The position numbers and the translations under genes were made by a program. A DNA stretch of 64,000 nucleotides from an uncultured Holophaga sp. (GTDB lineage: Bacteria > Acidobacteriota > Holophagae > Holophagales > Holophagaceae). Below the pieces are notes generated by a model that was not told the DNA's origin, searched no databases, and saw only the letters and a program-made list of their open reading frames with translations. The stretch is from NCBI GenBank assembly GCA_963664825.1, contig OY761614.1, positions 320,001 through 384,000 on the forward strand, read 5' to 3'. This document shows, piece by piece, positions 47,539 through 57,282 of the stretch (position 1 is the stretch's first letter; each line of letters starts with the position of its first letter).

Positions 47539-49635
47539 TCAGCTGATCTCAGCCAGCCTCAACCGGGCGTGTTCCTGGCGCAGCCAGGCCATCTGGCCTT
47601 CGCTCAGACCCCGTGCGAGGGTGAGCTCGGCCACTTCTCGGCAACGGCCCAGCAGCTTGCGATCCCTCAGGAGATCGGCGACCTGGAACTGGGGCACACC
47701 GGACTGGCGGGTGCCGAAGAATTCCCCCGGCCCCCGCAGTTCGAGATCCCGGGTGGCGATGCGGAACCCGTCCTGGGTCTCCACCAGGGCCCTCAGCCGC
47801 TCGGTTTCCGTGCCGCTGATCATCGCGAAATGGCTGCCTGCCGGACCGCGCCCCACCCGCCCCCGCAGCTGGTGGAGCTGGCTGAGACCGAAGCGCTCCG
47901 CGTGATCGACGACCATCACTGTCGCGTTGGGCACGTCCACTCCCACCTCGATGACGGTGGTGGCCAGGAGGATCCGGGATTCGCCTGAGACGAACCGGGC
48001 CATGCGAAGCGCCATCTCATCGGCCTTCAGGCGCCCGTGGACGACGTCGAGCCCCACCCCCGGAAACCGGGCCCGCAACAGTCCCTCCATGGCCTGGATA
48101 TCCCGAAGGGGCACCTTGGTCTCGTCCGTAGGATCGATGGCCGGACTCACCACATAGGCCTGATGGCCCTTGGCGAGTTCCCGCTCCACCAGATCCCAGA
48201 TGCGATCGGCGTTCTCAGGGTCGATGAGCCGCGTCTCGATGGGCTGGCGCCCCGGGGGCAGCTCATCGAGTACCGATTGTTCCAGATCGCCAAAGAGCGC
48301 CAGGGCCAGGCTGCGGGGGATGGGAGTCGCACTCATCACGAGCCAATGGGGATCTAGCCCCTTCCCCTTGAGGGCCTCCCGCTGCTTCACGCCGAAGCGG
48401 TGCTGCTCATCGACCACCACCAACTGGAGGTTCTGGAAGGCCACGGCCTCCTGGAAGATGGCATGGGTGCCCACCACATAGCGGGCCTCCCCGCTGGCGA
48501 TGCGCGCGAGGGCCTCGCGCTTCTCGGCGGCCTTCATGGGCCCCAGGAGCAGCTGCATCCGGGAGGCCTCCACCCCCAGAAGGCGCGCAAAGGTGCGGGC
48601 GTGCTGGCGGGCGAGCACTTCGGTGGGCACCAGCAGAGCCCCCTGGCCACCAGTTTCGGCCACCATGGCCAGGGCCAGGAAGGCCACCAGCGTTTTCCCG
48701 CTGCCCACATCGCCCTGGAGCAGGCGGTGCATGACGCGCCCCGAAGTCAGATCGTCCACGATCTCCTTGAAGGAGCGCCGCTGGGCCCCGGTGAGATGAA
48801 AGGGGAGATAGGCCCTCAGGCGCTCCCGCAGCTCGGGACTGGTGGGGATCTTGATCCCCCGCCGCCGGAGCCGACCCGCCCGGCGCAGACCCACCCCCAG
48901 CGCGAAGGCGAAGAGTTCTTCGGTGGCCAACCGCAGATGGGCAGGGGTCGTCCGGGCCTCGAGATCCAGGGGATCGGCCTCGTCCGGGGGCTGGTGTAGC
49001 AACCGCAAGGCGCTGATCAGATCCGGCAGTCCCTTGGAGAGCTCCGCCGGGAGCCATTCCTCGGAGGCCTGCACCTTCGCAAGGGCCTCCTGACTCAGCC
49101 GCCCCCGCAGGCGCCCGGTGATGGGGCCCAGCTTCCGGTAGAGGGGCAGGTAGCGCCGGATCCAGGGTTCCTCGGCTTCTGTGGCGCGACCCAGGACTTC
49201 GATGGCGGGACTGCGCATCTCCAACCCATTGCGCCCCAGGGCCAGGGGCCCGAAGGCGAGGATCCGGTCTCCGGCCTTTACCACCCTCGCCAGATAGGCC
49301 TGATTGAACCAAATGAGCCGTAGGGTGCCGCTTTCGTCTTCCAGAAGAACCTCCAGCAGGTTCATCCGCTGGACGCGAGTGGTGGTCTGGCGGAGATCCT
49401 TCACCACGCCGATGATCGTGATGATCTCCCGGTCGCTCCCGGAAGGGTGCCACCGGTCCAACTCCCCGATCCTGCGCACGGAACCCCGATCCACATAGCG
49501 GTGCGGCAGGGCCCACAGCAGGTCCCGGATGGATTCCAAACCCGCGGCAGCCAAGGCCGCCGCATAGGCGGGTCCCACGCCACGGAGGGCCGTCAACTTG
49601 GACGAAAGGGGCAGCTGAGGCAGGGACTCCGGCAA
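47539..49635 (-). CDS. recG: ATP-dependent DNA helicase RecG
   Basis: LLQGDVGSGKT, DEQHRFG, MSATPIPR, QLHQLRGRVGR, DLELRGPGE. Confidence 0.96.
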   Translation of the reverse strand: MPESLPQLPLSSKLTALRGVGPAYAAALAAAGLESIRDLLWALPHRYVDRGSVRRIGELDRWHPSGSDREIITIIGVVKDLRQTTTRVQRMNLLEVLLEDESGTLRLIWFNQAYLARVVKAGDRILAFGPLALGRNGLEMRSPAIEVLGRATEAEEPWIRRYLPLYRKLGPITGRLRGRLSQEALAKVQASEEWLPAELSKGLPDLISALRLLHQPPDEADPLDLEARTTPAHLRLATEELFAFALGVGLRRAGRLRRRGIKIPTSPELRERLRAYLPFHLTGAQRRSFKEIVDDLTSGRVMHRLLQGDVGSGKTLVAFLALAMVAETGGQGALLVPTEVLARQHARTFARLLGVEASRMQLLLGPMKAAEKREALARIASGEARYVVGTHAIFQEAVAFQNLQLVVVDEQHRFGVKQREALKGKGLDPHWLVMSATPIPRSLALALFGDLEQSVLDELPPGRQPIETRLIDPENADRIWDLVERELAKGHQAYVVSPAIDPTDETKVPLRDIQAMEGLLRARFPGVGLDVVHGRLKADEMALRMARFVSGESRILLATTVIEVGVDVPNATVMVVDHAERFGLSQLHQLRGRVGRGPAGSHFAMISGTETERLRALVETQDGFRIATRDLELRGPGEFFGTRQSGVPQFQVADLLRDRKLLGRCREVAELTLARGLSEGQMAWLRQEHARLRLAEIS

Positions 49636-49638
49636 GAC

Positions 49639-51003
49639 CTACACCTCGTCCGTGCTGCGTTCCATTTCTCGGTACCGCGCGTACTCGGCCTCGAAGTAGA
49701 GCGGCACGATGCCCGTGGGGCCGTTGCGGTGTTTGGCGATGATCAGCTCGGCGCTGCGATCCTCGTCCTCGCCTTCCATGGCAGGCTTCATCTTCCGGTG
49801 GATGAACATCACGATATCGGCATCCTGCTCGATGGCGCCGGAATCACGCAAGTCCGAGAGCTGGGGCCGGCCACCCTGGCGGTGTTCGACCTCGCGGTTG
49901 AGCTGGGAGAGCACGACCACGGGGATCTTGTGTTCCTTGGCCAGCAGCTTGAAGGCGCGGCTGATCTCGCCAATGCGCACGGCCTCACTCTGCTTGGCGG
50001 CGCGACTATCCTGGGGACTGCTCAGCAGCTGGAGGTAGTCCACGATGACCAGGTCCAGTTTCTGGTTGGCCTGAGCCAGGTGGCGCTCCACCATGGCCAT
50101 GATCTCCCGCACGGTGATGGCGGCCTGATCGTTGAGAAAGATGGGCAGCGCCCGGAGATCGTCCCGGGCCGCCAGCAGCTTGGCCTGCACGGCGTCGTTG
50201 AAGGCTCCCGCCTGGACGGCCTTCATGTTCACGGTGGCCTTGGCCGCCAGCAGGCGGTTGAAGACCTCCTCGTTGGACATCTCCAGGCTGAAGAAGGCCC
50301 CGTGGGCCCGCTGACGGCTATCGGCCGAACGCAGCAGCCAATTGAGGGCGAGAGCCGTCTTGCCGATGCCGGGGCGGGCCGCCAGAATGATCAGATTGCC
50401 GGGCTGGAAGCCCTGGGTGATCCCGTCCAAACGCGAGAAGCCCACCCGCAGCCCCACGGAGCCCTTGCCTTCCAGGCGGTCCAGCAGCTTGTCCATGGCC
50501 ACGTCGGAGACATCGCCCACGTGCTCGAGACCCCGGCGATCCCTCCCTTGGGCCAACCGGAAGAGATCCTGGGCCGCCCGCTCCACCAGCGTCTCCGGGG
50601 GGGCCTCTTCCTCGGCGGCCTGGCGCACCAGCTGGGCTCCCAGGCGAATCAGCTGGCGCAGCTTGCGCTTGCGCACCAGGAGATCGGCCAGCACCTGGGG
50701 CTTGCCCACCTCTTCGCCGGAGAGCAGTTCCACCAGGCCCGCGTAGCCCCCCACCCGCCCCAGATCCCCAGCCTGATCCAGCGCGTCCTTCAGGGTGAGG
50801 GCATTGACCTCCACCTGGGCCTCGATGAGGCTGACCAGGGCCTTGAAGACCACCCGGTTGGCGGGATGGACGAAGTCCTCTTCCTTGAGTTGGAAACCGA
50901 TCTCGGCGGCGGCGGATTCGGCGCCGGGGGCGCAGCAGGTGGCTAACAGTGCACGCTCGGCGTCCACATCCTCAGGCAGTCGTTCGGGAACCCACTCAGC
51001 CAT
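49639..51003 (-). CDS. dnaB: Replicative DNA helicase
   Basis: AARPGIGKT, FSLEM, VDYLQL, LSQLNR, LRDSGAIEQDAD, AKHRNGPTG. Confidence 0.97.
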   Translation of the reverse strand: MAEWVPERLPEDVDAERALLATCCAPGAESAAAEIGFQLKEEDFVHPANRVVFKALVSLIEAQVEVNALTLKDALDQAGDLGRVGGYAGLVELLSGEEVGKPQVLADLLVRKRKLRQLIRLGAQLVRQAAEEEAPPETLVERAAQDLFRLAQGRDRRGLEHVGDVSDVAMDKLLDRLEGKGSVGLRVGFSRLDGITQGFQPGNLIILAARPGIGKTALALNWLLRSADSRQRAHGAFFSLEMSNEEVFNRLLAAKATVNMKAVQAGAFNDAVQAKLLAARDDLRALPIFLNDQAAITVREIMAMVERHLAQANQKLDLVIVDYLQLLSSPQDSRAAKQSEAVRIGEISRAFKLLAKEHKIPVVVLSQLNREVEHRQGGRPQLSDLRDSGAIEQDADIVMFIHRKMKPAMEGEDEDRSAELIIAKHRNGPTGIVPLYFEAEYARYREMERSTDEV

Positions 51004-51085
51004 GGCCTATCCCTCCGCTGGCAAAAACGGAGGGATGAGGGAAAAACCTCCGGCGGGGAGCCGGCCCATCATTCGAAGCATGGCA

Positions 51086-54000
51086 TCAGAGCCCGGGAGC
51101 CATGTACCCGCCCCCGGTGGTATCGACGAAGATGGGGTTGGTGATGGCGATGGGATAGATGCCCTTCATCAGTAGATTCCAGGGTGTTCCAGCCTGATAG
51201 GCCCCCGTGGTGGAAAGGGGCACACCGGCCTCCACCAACACCCAGGCATCCTTGTCTGTGGGTAGGGTCAGAGTGTAGGTGCCCCGGGTCAGGCGCTTGT
51301 CATAGGCGGCATCAGTGGTCGCCAGGGGTTTGAGCTGGGTGATATCCAGGATCTGGGTGCTTCCGTTGATGGTCACGCGCAGTTCGTTCACGGGCACCCA
51401 TTCCGGGGCCCAGAGATTCACGGTGAGTGTGACTGAAGCAATGGGAGTGGACGTGGAGACCAGCCCGCCGGGGCCCACCGCTACCGTGCCACCCGCAGCC
51501 GTGAGGGTCACATCCAACAGGGGGCCCGTGGAAGCCACGGCGGCTCCGGATTGCAGGGCCTTGAGCACGGGAGACATATCGGCCTGGGTGAAGCCTGTGG
51601 CCTTCAGGTAGGTGCGAGCCAGGCCCACGGGCGTATCGAGGCTGAACCTGGCCGAGGAGAGACCGAGCCCCTTGGTGAAGAAGGTCGGGGTCTGCTGCTT
51701 GAGGAGGGAGAACCAATCGGCGCGGACGGCTTTGAATTCCGTGAACCAGGCCGTGGCGTTGTCCGCGACCTGAAGGCTGAGGGGTTGTCCATTGGCATCG
51801 GAACTTTCCCCCCGGAGCAGCTCCAGGGCGTCGAAGGCCCCTTGGGTCTTTCCACCGGCCAGGAAGCTGGAGGTGGACCACCAGGCATTGGCCCCCTGCC
51901 CTAGCTTCACCGTGGGATCGAACTGCTTCTGGGTGAAGAGTCCCTGGGGGCCGCGGGGGCGGTGGATCACGGTGTACTGGCCCTCGGCCTGGACCAGAAA
52001 ATCGGCCAGGGTCCAGGTCTTAGGATCCCGGGCCCCGCCGTTCCGCTCGTTGCGGGGCGTGGGAGTGAAGAGCGCCGTGGCGAACCCGTAGGCGCCTAGA
52101 TCCGAGCTGCGCGCTTCGATGACGAAGGGATCCGATCCGATGACGGTCCGATCCGCATCCACGATGGTCGACACCTGGAATTCGTTCCGGAAATTGGTAG
52201 CCACCCCCACCCCATCCATGAGGCGGTCCTTCTCGGTCATGCCCACCACCTGCACGCCTTCGGCCAGGGCTGAAGACAATTTTTCCACCGGAAGGATGGC
52301 CCCCGAGGTCGCCAGGGAAGGTCCGGGCAGATCGAAATTCGTCCAGCCCGAAGGCAGGGCCATGGTCTCCGCGGTGAAGACGTGGGAAGTGAGCGTCTGG
52401 CCGTCGAAGGCCTCCAGGGGCTGACTATCCAGCTGGGAGAGGGGCCCCCGAATGGCATAGGCCAGGTAAGAGCCCGGCGCCAGCCAGAAGGACATGGGGC
52501 TGCGGGAAGGCAGGGAAGCGGCGAAGACCTGGTTCCCGGCCAGGAAGCCGTAGACGCCGTAGTTGCTATCCACGGGCACGCAGGTCCGATAGACAGAGCT
52601 GAAGCTGCTGGAGAGGATGCGCGTCCGCTTGATGGACGGATCGGCGACGTTCTGTCCGAAGACCATGATGCGGGCGGGCTGGATGCTATTAGCCGTGCCA
52701 TCGAGTTGGCGGGTCGCGAAGCTGTGGGAGGTCACCTTATCGGCGATGACGGAGCCCAAGGGGCTCACGACACTGTCGTGTTCCGGGCAGATGTAATCAG
52801 CAGCACTGCTCGTGAAATAGGTGTTCTCGGTGGTGCTGTACTTCGGCACCACGACGGGCACCGGGAGATCCGGGTTGGCTGTATTGGTATTGGTATTGGT
52901 GTTCACGAGGTTATTGAACACCTTGGAACCAAGGGCATTCTCAACGGTCAGCCGGTAGGTCCCAACAGGCAGGATCAGGGAGAGCTGCGGGTAGTAGTAG
53001 CTCGTGCTGGTGGTCGTGTTCTCGAAAGGTTCCATCCACTCCAGGCGTTCCAACTTCCAGATGCCTCCCACATTCCGTTCGATACGGAACTGGGAGGGAT
53101 AGGGCCCCTGGCGCACGGCGGTGCCGGCTGGCTGGAAGACGAAACCGCCTCGATCCACCGACTGCCGGGTGAAACGATCGTAGTTCATGAGATTGAAGAG
53201 ACCCGAGGCCTGGTTGGCGATGCTCCCAGAGCTGCTGGTCCCGCCCGTGAGGTAGAGGCGCCTCGTATGGGTCATCGAAGCTCCCGCGGCCAGGTTCGCC
53301 ACCGGCAGCCCTCCCGCGATGAGCCGCTGAGGGAAGATGGGGCGCAGCTGATCCAGGACCTTCTGGGAATCGGAGGTCACCACCAGGCGATCCGTGTCCA
53401 TGGGCAGAAGCCCGAGGGTGGAATGGCCGTCCTCCGTGGTCCCCATGGGTTCCACGCCCATGAAGGCCACCATGGGCGCCTTCACAGCCAGGCTGAGATC
53501 ACCGAAGGTCGTGCCCACGCCGGTCTTGGCGAGGCTGGGAGAAGGGATCTCCATGCCCCAATCGCTCAGGGCCTTGTCATTCATGTCCTCGGAAGCCGGG
53601 ACATTGAAGCGGAAACCGCCGGAGATCTCCTGGGAAAGAAAATCGCCGATATTCCGAATGGGCAGGACAAGCGAGGTATTGTTCTTGACCGTGGTCTGGA
53701 GCAGGAAGAACTGATCAGCCTTCTGCAGGCTCACCACATGGGTCACGGAGACGCCCGTCACTCGCCCCAGGGAATCCACGGGCACGCCCAGCTTGCCCTT
53801 GGGGTCGTGGACATAACCCGTCATTTCGATGCGGCCCTCGGAATCGGAATTGATGGGCTTGAATTGATCGAAGACCAGGGAGATATCCGGATCCTGGTTC
53901 AGCACGGGCGTGAGCCGGTCCAGGGTATCCGTCGGCAGGGAAACCCGCTTGTAGTTCTGATCCAGGGCAATTTTCCCAGCATCGATGATGCTGCCCCCTC

Positions 54001-54298
54001 CGGGAGCTCCGGCCACACCTGGCCGCTCCCCGAAGGGCGTTCCATCCACGGCGAGCTCGAGATAATCGTTCCCAAGGTAGAAATCGCTGGGGGCACCCTG
54101 GGCCTTGAGGCCCTGGACGCGGTCACCCCCCACCTCGGAAATCTCTTCGGAAACCACGTCCGGACGCTGAATTCCCGTCGCGCGATAGCACCCTAAGCCG
54201 GGCAGGGCCACCAGGATGGCCGCCACCCAGGGCAGGGGCAGGCACCGAGAAGTCGGCACAGGGGAAGTGGAAAGGATGGAATTTGCGTGCTGCTTCAT
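51086..54298 (-). CDS. Large probable lipoprotein with a degenerate PHP/CehA-McbA-like C-terminal region
   Basis: Hydrophobic segment plus GLGC lipobox; later RGP, FDALELL, DWFSLL, RTYL, STGPLL and AITNPIF motifs. Confidence 0.6.
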   Translation of the reverse strand: MKQHANSILSTSPVPTSRCLPLPWVAAILVALPGLGCYRATGIQRPDVVSEEISEVGGDRVQGLKAQGAPSDFYLGNDYLELAVDGTPFGERPGVAGAPGGGSIIDAGKIALDQNYKRVSLPTDTLDRLTPVLNQDPDISLVFDQFKPINSDSEGRIEMTGYVHDPKGKLGVPVDSLGRVTGVSVTHVVSLQKADQFFLLQTTVKNNTSLVLPIRNIGDFLSQEISGGFRFNVPASEDMNDKALSDWGMEIPSPSLAKTGVGTTFGDLSLAVKAPMVAFMGVEPMGTTEDGHSTLGLLPMDTDRLVVTSDSQKVLDQLRPIFPQRLIAGGLPVANLAAGASMTHTRRLYLTGGTSSSGSIANQASGLFNLMNYDRFTRQSVDRGGFVFQPAGTAVRQGPYPSQFRIERNVGGIWKLERLEWMEPFENTTTSTSYYYPQLSLILPVGTYRLTVENALGSKVFNNLVNTNTNTNTANPDLPVPVVVPKYSTTENTYFTSSAADYICPEHDSVVSPLGSVIADKVTSHSFATRQLDGTANSIQPARIMVFGQNVADPSIKRTRILSSSFSSVYRTCVPVDSNYGVYGFLAGNQVFAASLPSRSPMSFWLAPGSYLAYAIRGPLSQLDSQPLEAFDGQTLTSHVFTAETMALPSGWTNFDLPGPSLATSGAILPVEKLSSALAEGVQVVGMTEKDRLMDGVGVATNFRNEFQVSTIVDADRTVIGSDPFVIEARSSDLGAYGFATALFTPTPRNERNGGARDPKTWTLADFLVQAEGQYTVIHRPRGPQGLFTQKQFDPTVKLGQGANAWWSTSSFLAGGKTQGAFDALELLRGESSDANGQPLSLQVADNATAWFTEFKAVRADWFSLLKQQTPTFFTKGLGLSSARFSLDTPVGLARTYLKATGFTQADMSPVLKALQSGAAVASTGPLLDVTLTAAGGTVAVGPGGLVSTSTPIASVTLTVNLWAPEWVPVNELRVTINGSTQILDITQLKPLATTDAAYDKRLTRGTYTLTLPTDKDAWVLVEAGVPLSTTGAYQAGTPWNLLMKGIYPIAITNPIFVDTTGGGYMAPGL

Positions 54299-54351
54299 CA
54301 GGGGATGCTCCCGGTGGGACCCGGTGGGGTAAGGGTCTATGCTAACTCACG

Positions 54352-55047
54352 ATGCGTTTCTCTGCCTTGACGAGTCTTGCCGGGGGTCCCTGGCGCCGCC
54401 TTTGGATCGCCCTGGCGCTCCTTCTCACTGGGGATCTGCTCTGGACCCTGGGAAGGTTCCCCGCTCAGGCCGCCGGGAGGATCCGAACGGAAGGGACCCT
54501 GCCCTCCGAGGGGATGCCCGTACTGGTCCTGGGAGCCAGCGTGCTGCCCGGCCGCGAACCCAACCAGGTGCTCCAGGGGCGCCTCCAAACGGCTCTTCGA
54601 CTCTACCAGAGCGGCCGGGTCCGCTGGTTCCTCGTCTCCGGCGATAATCGCAGTTCCTATTACAACGAACCCCAGGCCATGCGGAAGTGGCTTCTCCGAC
54701 AGGGCGTTCCGGCCAACCGCATCCTGGCCGACTATGCCGGGCGGCGCACCTACGACAGCCTGCGCAGAGCCCAAGTGGTCTTCGGTCTCCACAGGATCGT
54801 GATCGTCACCTCGGACTTCCATCTCCCCAGGGCCATCTTCGTCGCCCAGCATCTGGGCCTGGAGACCTGGGGGGTCGCCGCCCCCACCGAAGGTCATGCC
54901 TTCTTCCAGCGCCTGGGTTTCTGGACGCGGGAATACGCCGCCCGCCACGTGGCCCTCCTGGATGTCTGGTTCCCTCCCAACACCATGCTCGGCCCCCGGG
55001 AGCCCACGCCCGATGATTGGCTGAGCCCCGACAAGACCACGCCCTGA
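54352..55047 (+). CDS. SanA/YdcF (DUF218) family protein
   Basis: VLVLGA, LVSGDN, YNEP, DYAGRRTYDS, TSDFHLPRA, RE. Confidence 0.9.
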   Translation: MRFSALTSLAGGPWRRLWIALALLLTGDLLWTLGRFPAQAAGRIRTEGTLPSEGMPVLVLGASVLPGREPNQVLQGRLQTALRLYQSGRVRWFLVSGDNRSSYYNEPQAMRKWLLRQGVPANRILADYAGRRTYDSLRRAQVVFGLHRIVIVTSDFHLPRAIFVAQHLGLETWGVAAPTEGHAFFQRLGFWTREYAARHVALLDVWFPPNTMLGPREPTPDDWLSPDKTTP

Positions 55048-55094
55048 AGGCCATCGGCCCGGGTGCCCTTCGACTCCGGCGGGGTGCCCTCGAA

Positions 55095-56375
55095 TCAGAG
55101 GCCCCCGTCCCCCCAGGCCCCCTTCCGGAATTCCAGGCATAGCCAGAGCGCGAAGAGGAGAGAGGCCGCACCCAGCGCGCCATAGGCGCACGTGGGCCGC
55201 AGGGACTTGAGCGGGATGTAGAGGGCACTCGCTCCCGCCATGCCCGCGAAGGACGCGCAATTGGCGCTGGCCCAGACGGCGCCTCTGCGCTCAGGAGCAG
55301 GGCGGATCTGAAGGAAACTCTCGCAGGGAATGAGGAAGAGCCCGCCGGCCGCCCCCGCCAGGCCGATGGCGCCATAGAGGAAGGGCACCTGGAGGAGCGA
55401 GGGCAGAGCGGGAATGGCCGCGATGACTCCCATCAGGAGGCCCATGGCCGTGGCCGCGGGGATGAGCACCCTGAACCATCGAGCCCCCTTGGCGAAGCGG
55501 GCCGCCAGGAGCCCGCCCCCGGCCAGCCCAATCAACTGGGCGGCCACCAGCAGGCTGGTGCGGGTCTCTCCCAGATGGAATTCCCGGAGGCCCAGGGTAT
55601 TGATGATCAGGAGCTGGAAGACGCCCACGGCCCAGATGAATACATCCGCCAGTAAGATCCGCCCCAGTTGGTGGTCCTTCCAGATGCGCCCCAGTTCCCG
55701 CAAGGTATCCAAGGGCCCCGCCCATGGGAAGGGACGCCCGGTGTCTGCCGCGGCTCGGGTGGGGATGGCGAGGCTCACCACCAGGCCCGTCAGGCTGAAG
55801 AGGATCACGGCGCAGGCCACCACGCCCCGGCCATGGGGGGCGCCGAAGAGGGCAATCCCCTTGAGGTCCAGGGCAAATCCAGCCAGGGTGACGCCCACGA
55901 GGATCCCCACGGTGACGATCATGCGGAGCAGGGCATTGACCTTGGTCACCTGGGCCGAGGGAAAGAGCTCCGGGATCGAACCGTTCAACGCGGGGCTGAA
56001 GAAGGTGGACTGGAGCCCCATCAGGCCCACCATGCCCACCATGAGCCAGAGGTGGCCCGTGATCACCCCGGCCGCCCCCAGGAAAGCCGCCAGCAATTCC
56101 ATGGTCTTGGCGGCGATGACTACCCTCCGCTTGGGGTAGCGATCCGCCATCCAGCCTGCCGGTGCGGCAAAGCAAAGGAAGGGGAGGGTGAAGGCCAGGC
56201 CGGCCAAGCCCTGGAACCGCTCCTGACCGGCGACCACGGCCAAGAGCATCACGGCCTGCTTGAAGAAATTGTCGTTGAAGGTGCCCATGAAATAGGCGCC
56301 CGCCATGGCGGCGAAGGCAGCTCGGCCCTGGGGGAAGGGAGCGGCTTCAAGAGTTTCCGACACGAATCCTCGCAA
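55095..56375 (-). CDS. MFS transporter, LplT/Aas-associated type (start uncertain)
   Basis: GTFNDNFFK, AGWMADRYPK, QSTFFSPA; about 12 TM segments. Confidence 0.85.
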   Translation of the reverse strand: MRGFVSETLEAAPFPQGRAAFAAMAGAYFMGTFNDNFFKQAVMLLAVVAGQERFQGLAGLAFTLPFLCFAAPAGWMADRYPKRRVVIAAKTMELLAAFLGAAGVITGHLWLMVGMVGLMGLQSTFFSPALNGSIPELFPSAQVTKVNALLRMIVTVGILVGVTLAGFALDLKGIALFGAPHGRGVVACAVILFSLTGLVVSLAIPTRAAADTGRPFPWAGPLDTLRELGRIWKDHQLGRILLADVFIWAVGVFQLLIINTLGLREFHLGETRTSLLVAAQLIGLAGGGLLAARFAKGARWFRVLIPAATAMGLLMGVIAAIPALPSLLQVPFLYGAIGLAGAAGGLFLIPCESFLQIRPAPERRGAVWASANCASFAGMAGASALYIPLKSLRPTCAYGALGAASLLFALWLCLEFRKGAWGDGGL

Positions 56376-56534
56376 AAAAAGGAGACCGACAGGCCCGATT
56401 GTAGCGGTTGAGCGCGACCTTCCTGCAATTCAAGGTATGGAATAAACCGTTCGGCCGCCTGCTCCGAAGACTCCTAGTCAGGGCGCGGCCCTTGCCGCAT
56501 CATGTCACGAGGCTAGGTTCTTTCAGAGGTCCCC

Positions 56535-57281
56535 ATGTCCGAATCCCCGCTCATCCGGCTGCGCAATATCACCAAGGTCTACCTGATGGGTGACATGGAA
56601 GTGCGAGCCCTGGATGGGGTCGACCTCGATATCCAACGCGGCGAGTACGTGGCCATCATGGGCCCCAGCGGATCGGGCAAATCCACCATGATGAACATGA
56701 TCGGCTGCCTGGACAGCCCCACCTCCGGCAGCTATGACCTGAACGGCAAGGTGGTCTCGGCCATGTCCGACGACGAATTGGCCCAGATCCGCAACGAGGA
56801 GATCGGCTTCGTCTTCCAGACCTTCAATCTCCTAGCCCGTACCACCGCCATGCAGAATGTCGAACTGCCCCTCATCTATGCTGGCGTCACACCCGGTGAG
56901 CGACACACCATGTCCAAGAAGGCCCTGGAGAACGTGGGCCTCGGGGCACGCTCGGACCATATGCCCAACCAGCTCTCCGGCGGCCAACGCCAGCGCGTGG
57001 CCGTGGCCCGGGCCCTGGTGAACAACCCCTCGATTCTGCTGGCCGACGAGCCCACCGGCGCCTTGGACTCCAAGACCAGCATCGAGATCATGGCCCTCTT
57101 CGAGACCCTCTACCAGAAGGGCAACACCATCATCCTCGTGACCCACGAAGAGGATATCGCCCGGCACGCCCACCGCATCGTCAAGCTGTTGGACGGCAAG
57201 ATCAAGCACGACGAGCCCAATACTCCCATCACCCTGGAGCAGCATCTCGCCCACCTCCAGGCCTGGGCGGACCAGGACTGA
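56535..57281 (+). CDS. LolD/MacB-type ABC transporter ATP-binding protein
   Basis: [41 protein letters not shown]. Confidence 0.95.
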   Translation: MSESPLIRLRNITKVYLMGDMEVRALDGVDLDIQRGEYVAIMGPSGSGKSTMMNMIGCLDSPTSGSYDLNGKVVSAMSDDELAQIRNEEIGFVFQTFNLLARTTAMQNVELPLIYAGVTPGERHTMSKKALENVGLGARSDHMPNQLSGGQRQRVAVARALVNNPSILLADEPTGALDSKTSIEIMALFETLYQKGNTIILVTHEEDIARHAHRIVKLLDGKIKHDEPNTPITLEQHLAHLQAWADQD

Positions 57282-57282
57282 T

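Noticed and set aside
52881..52900. (GTATTG)3 microsatellite as a phase-variation switch
   Set aside because: The 6-nt unit keeps the frame and only encodes an Asn-Thr linker
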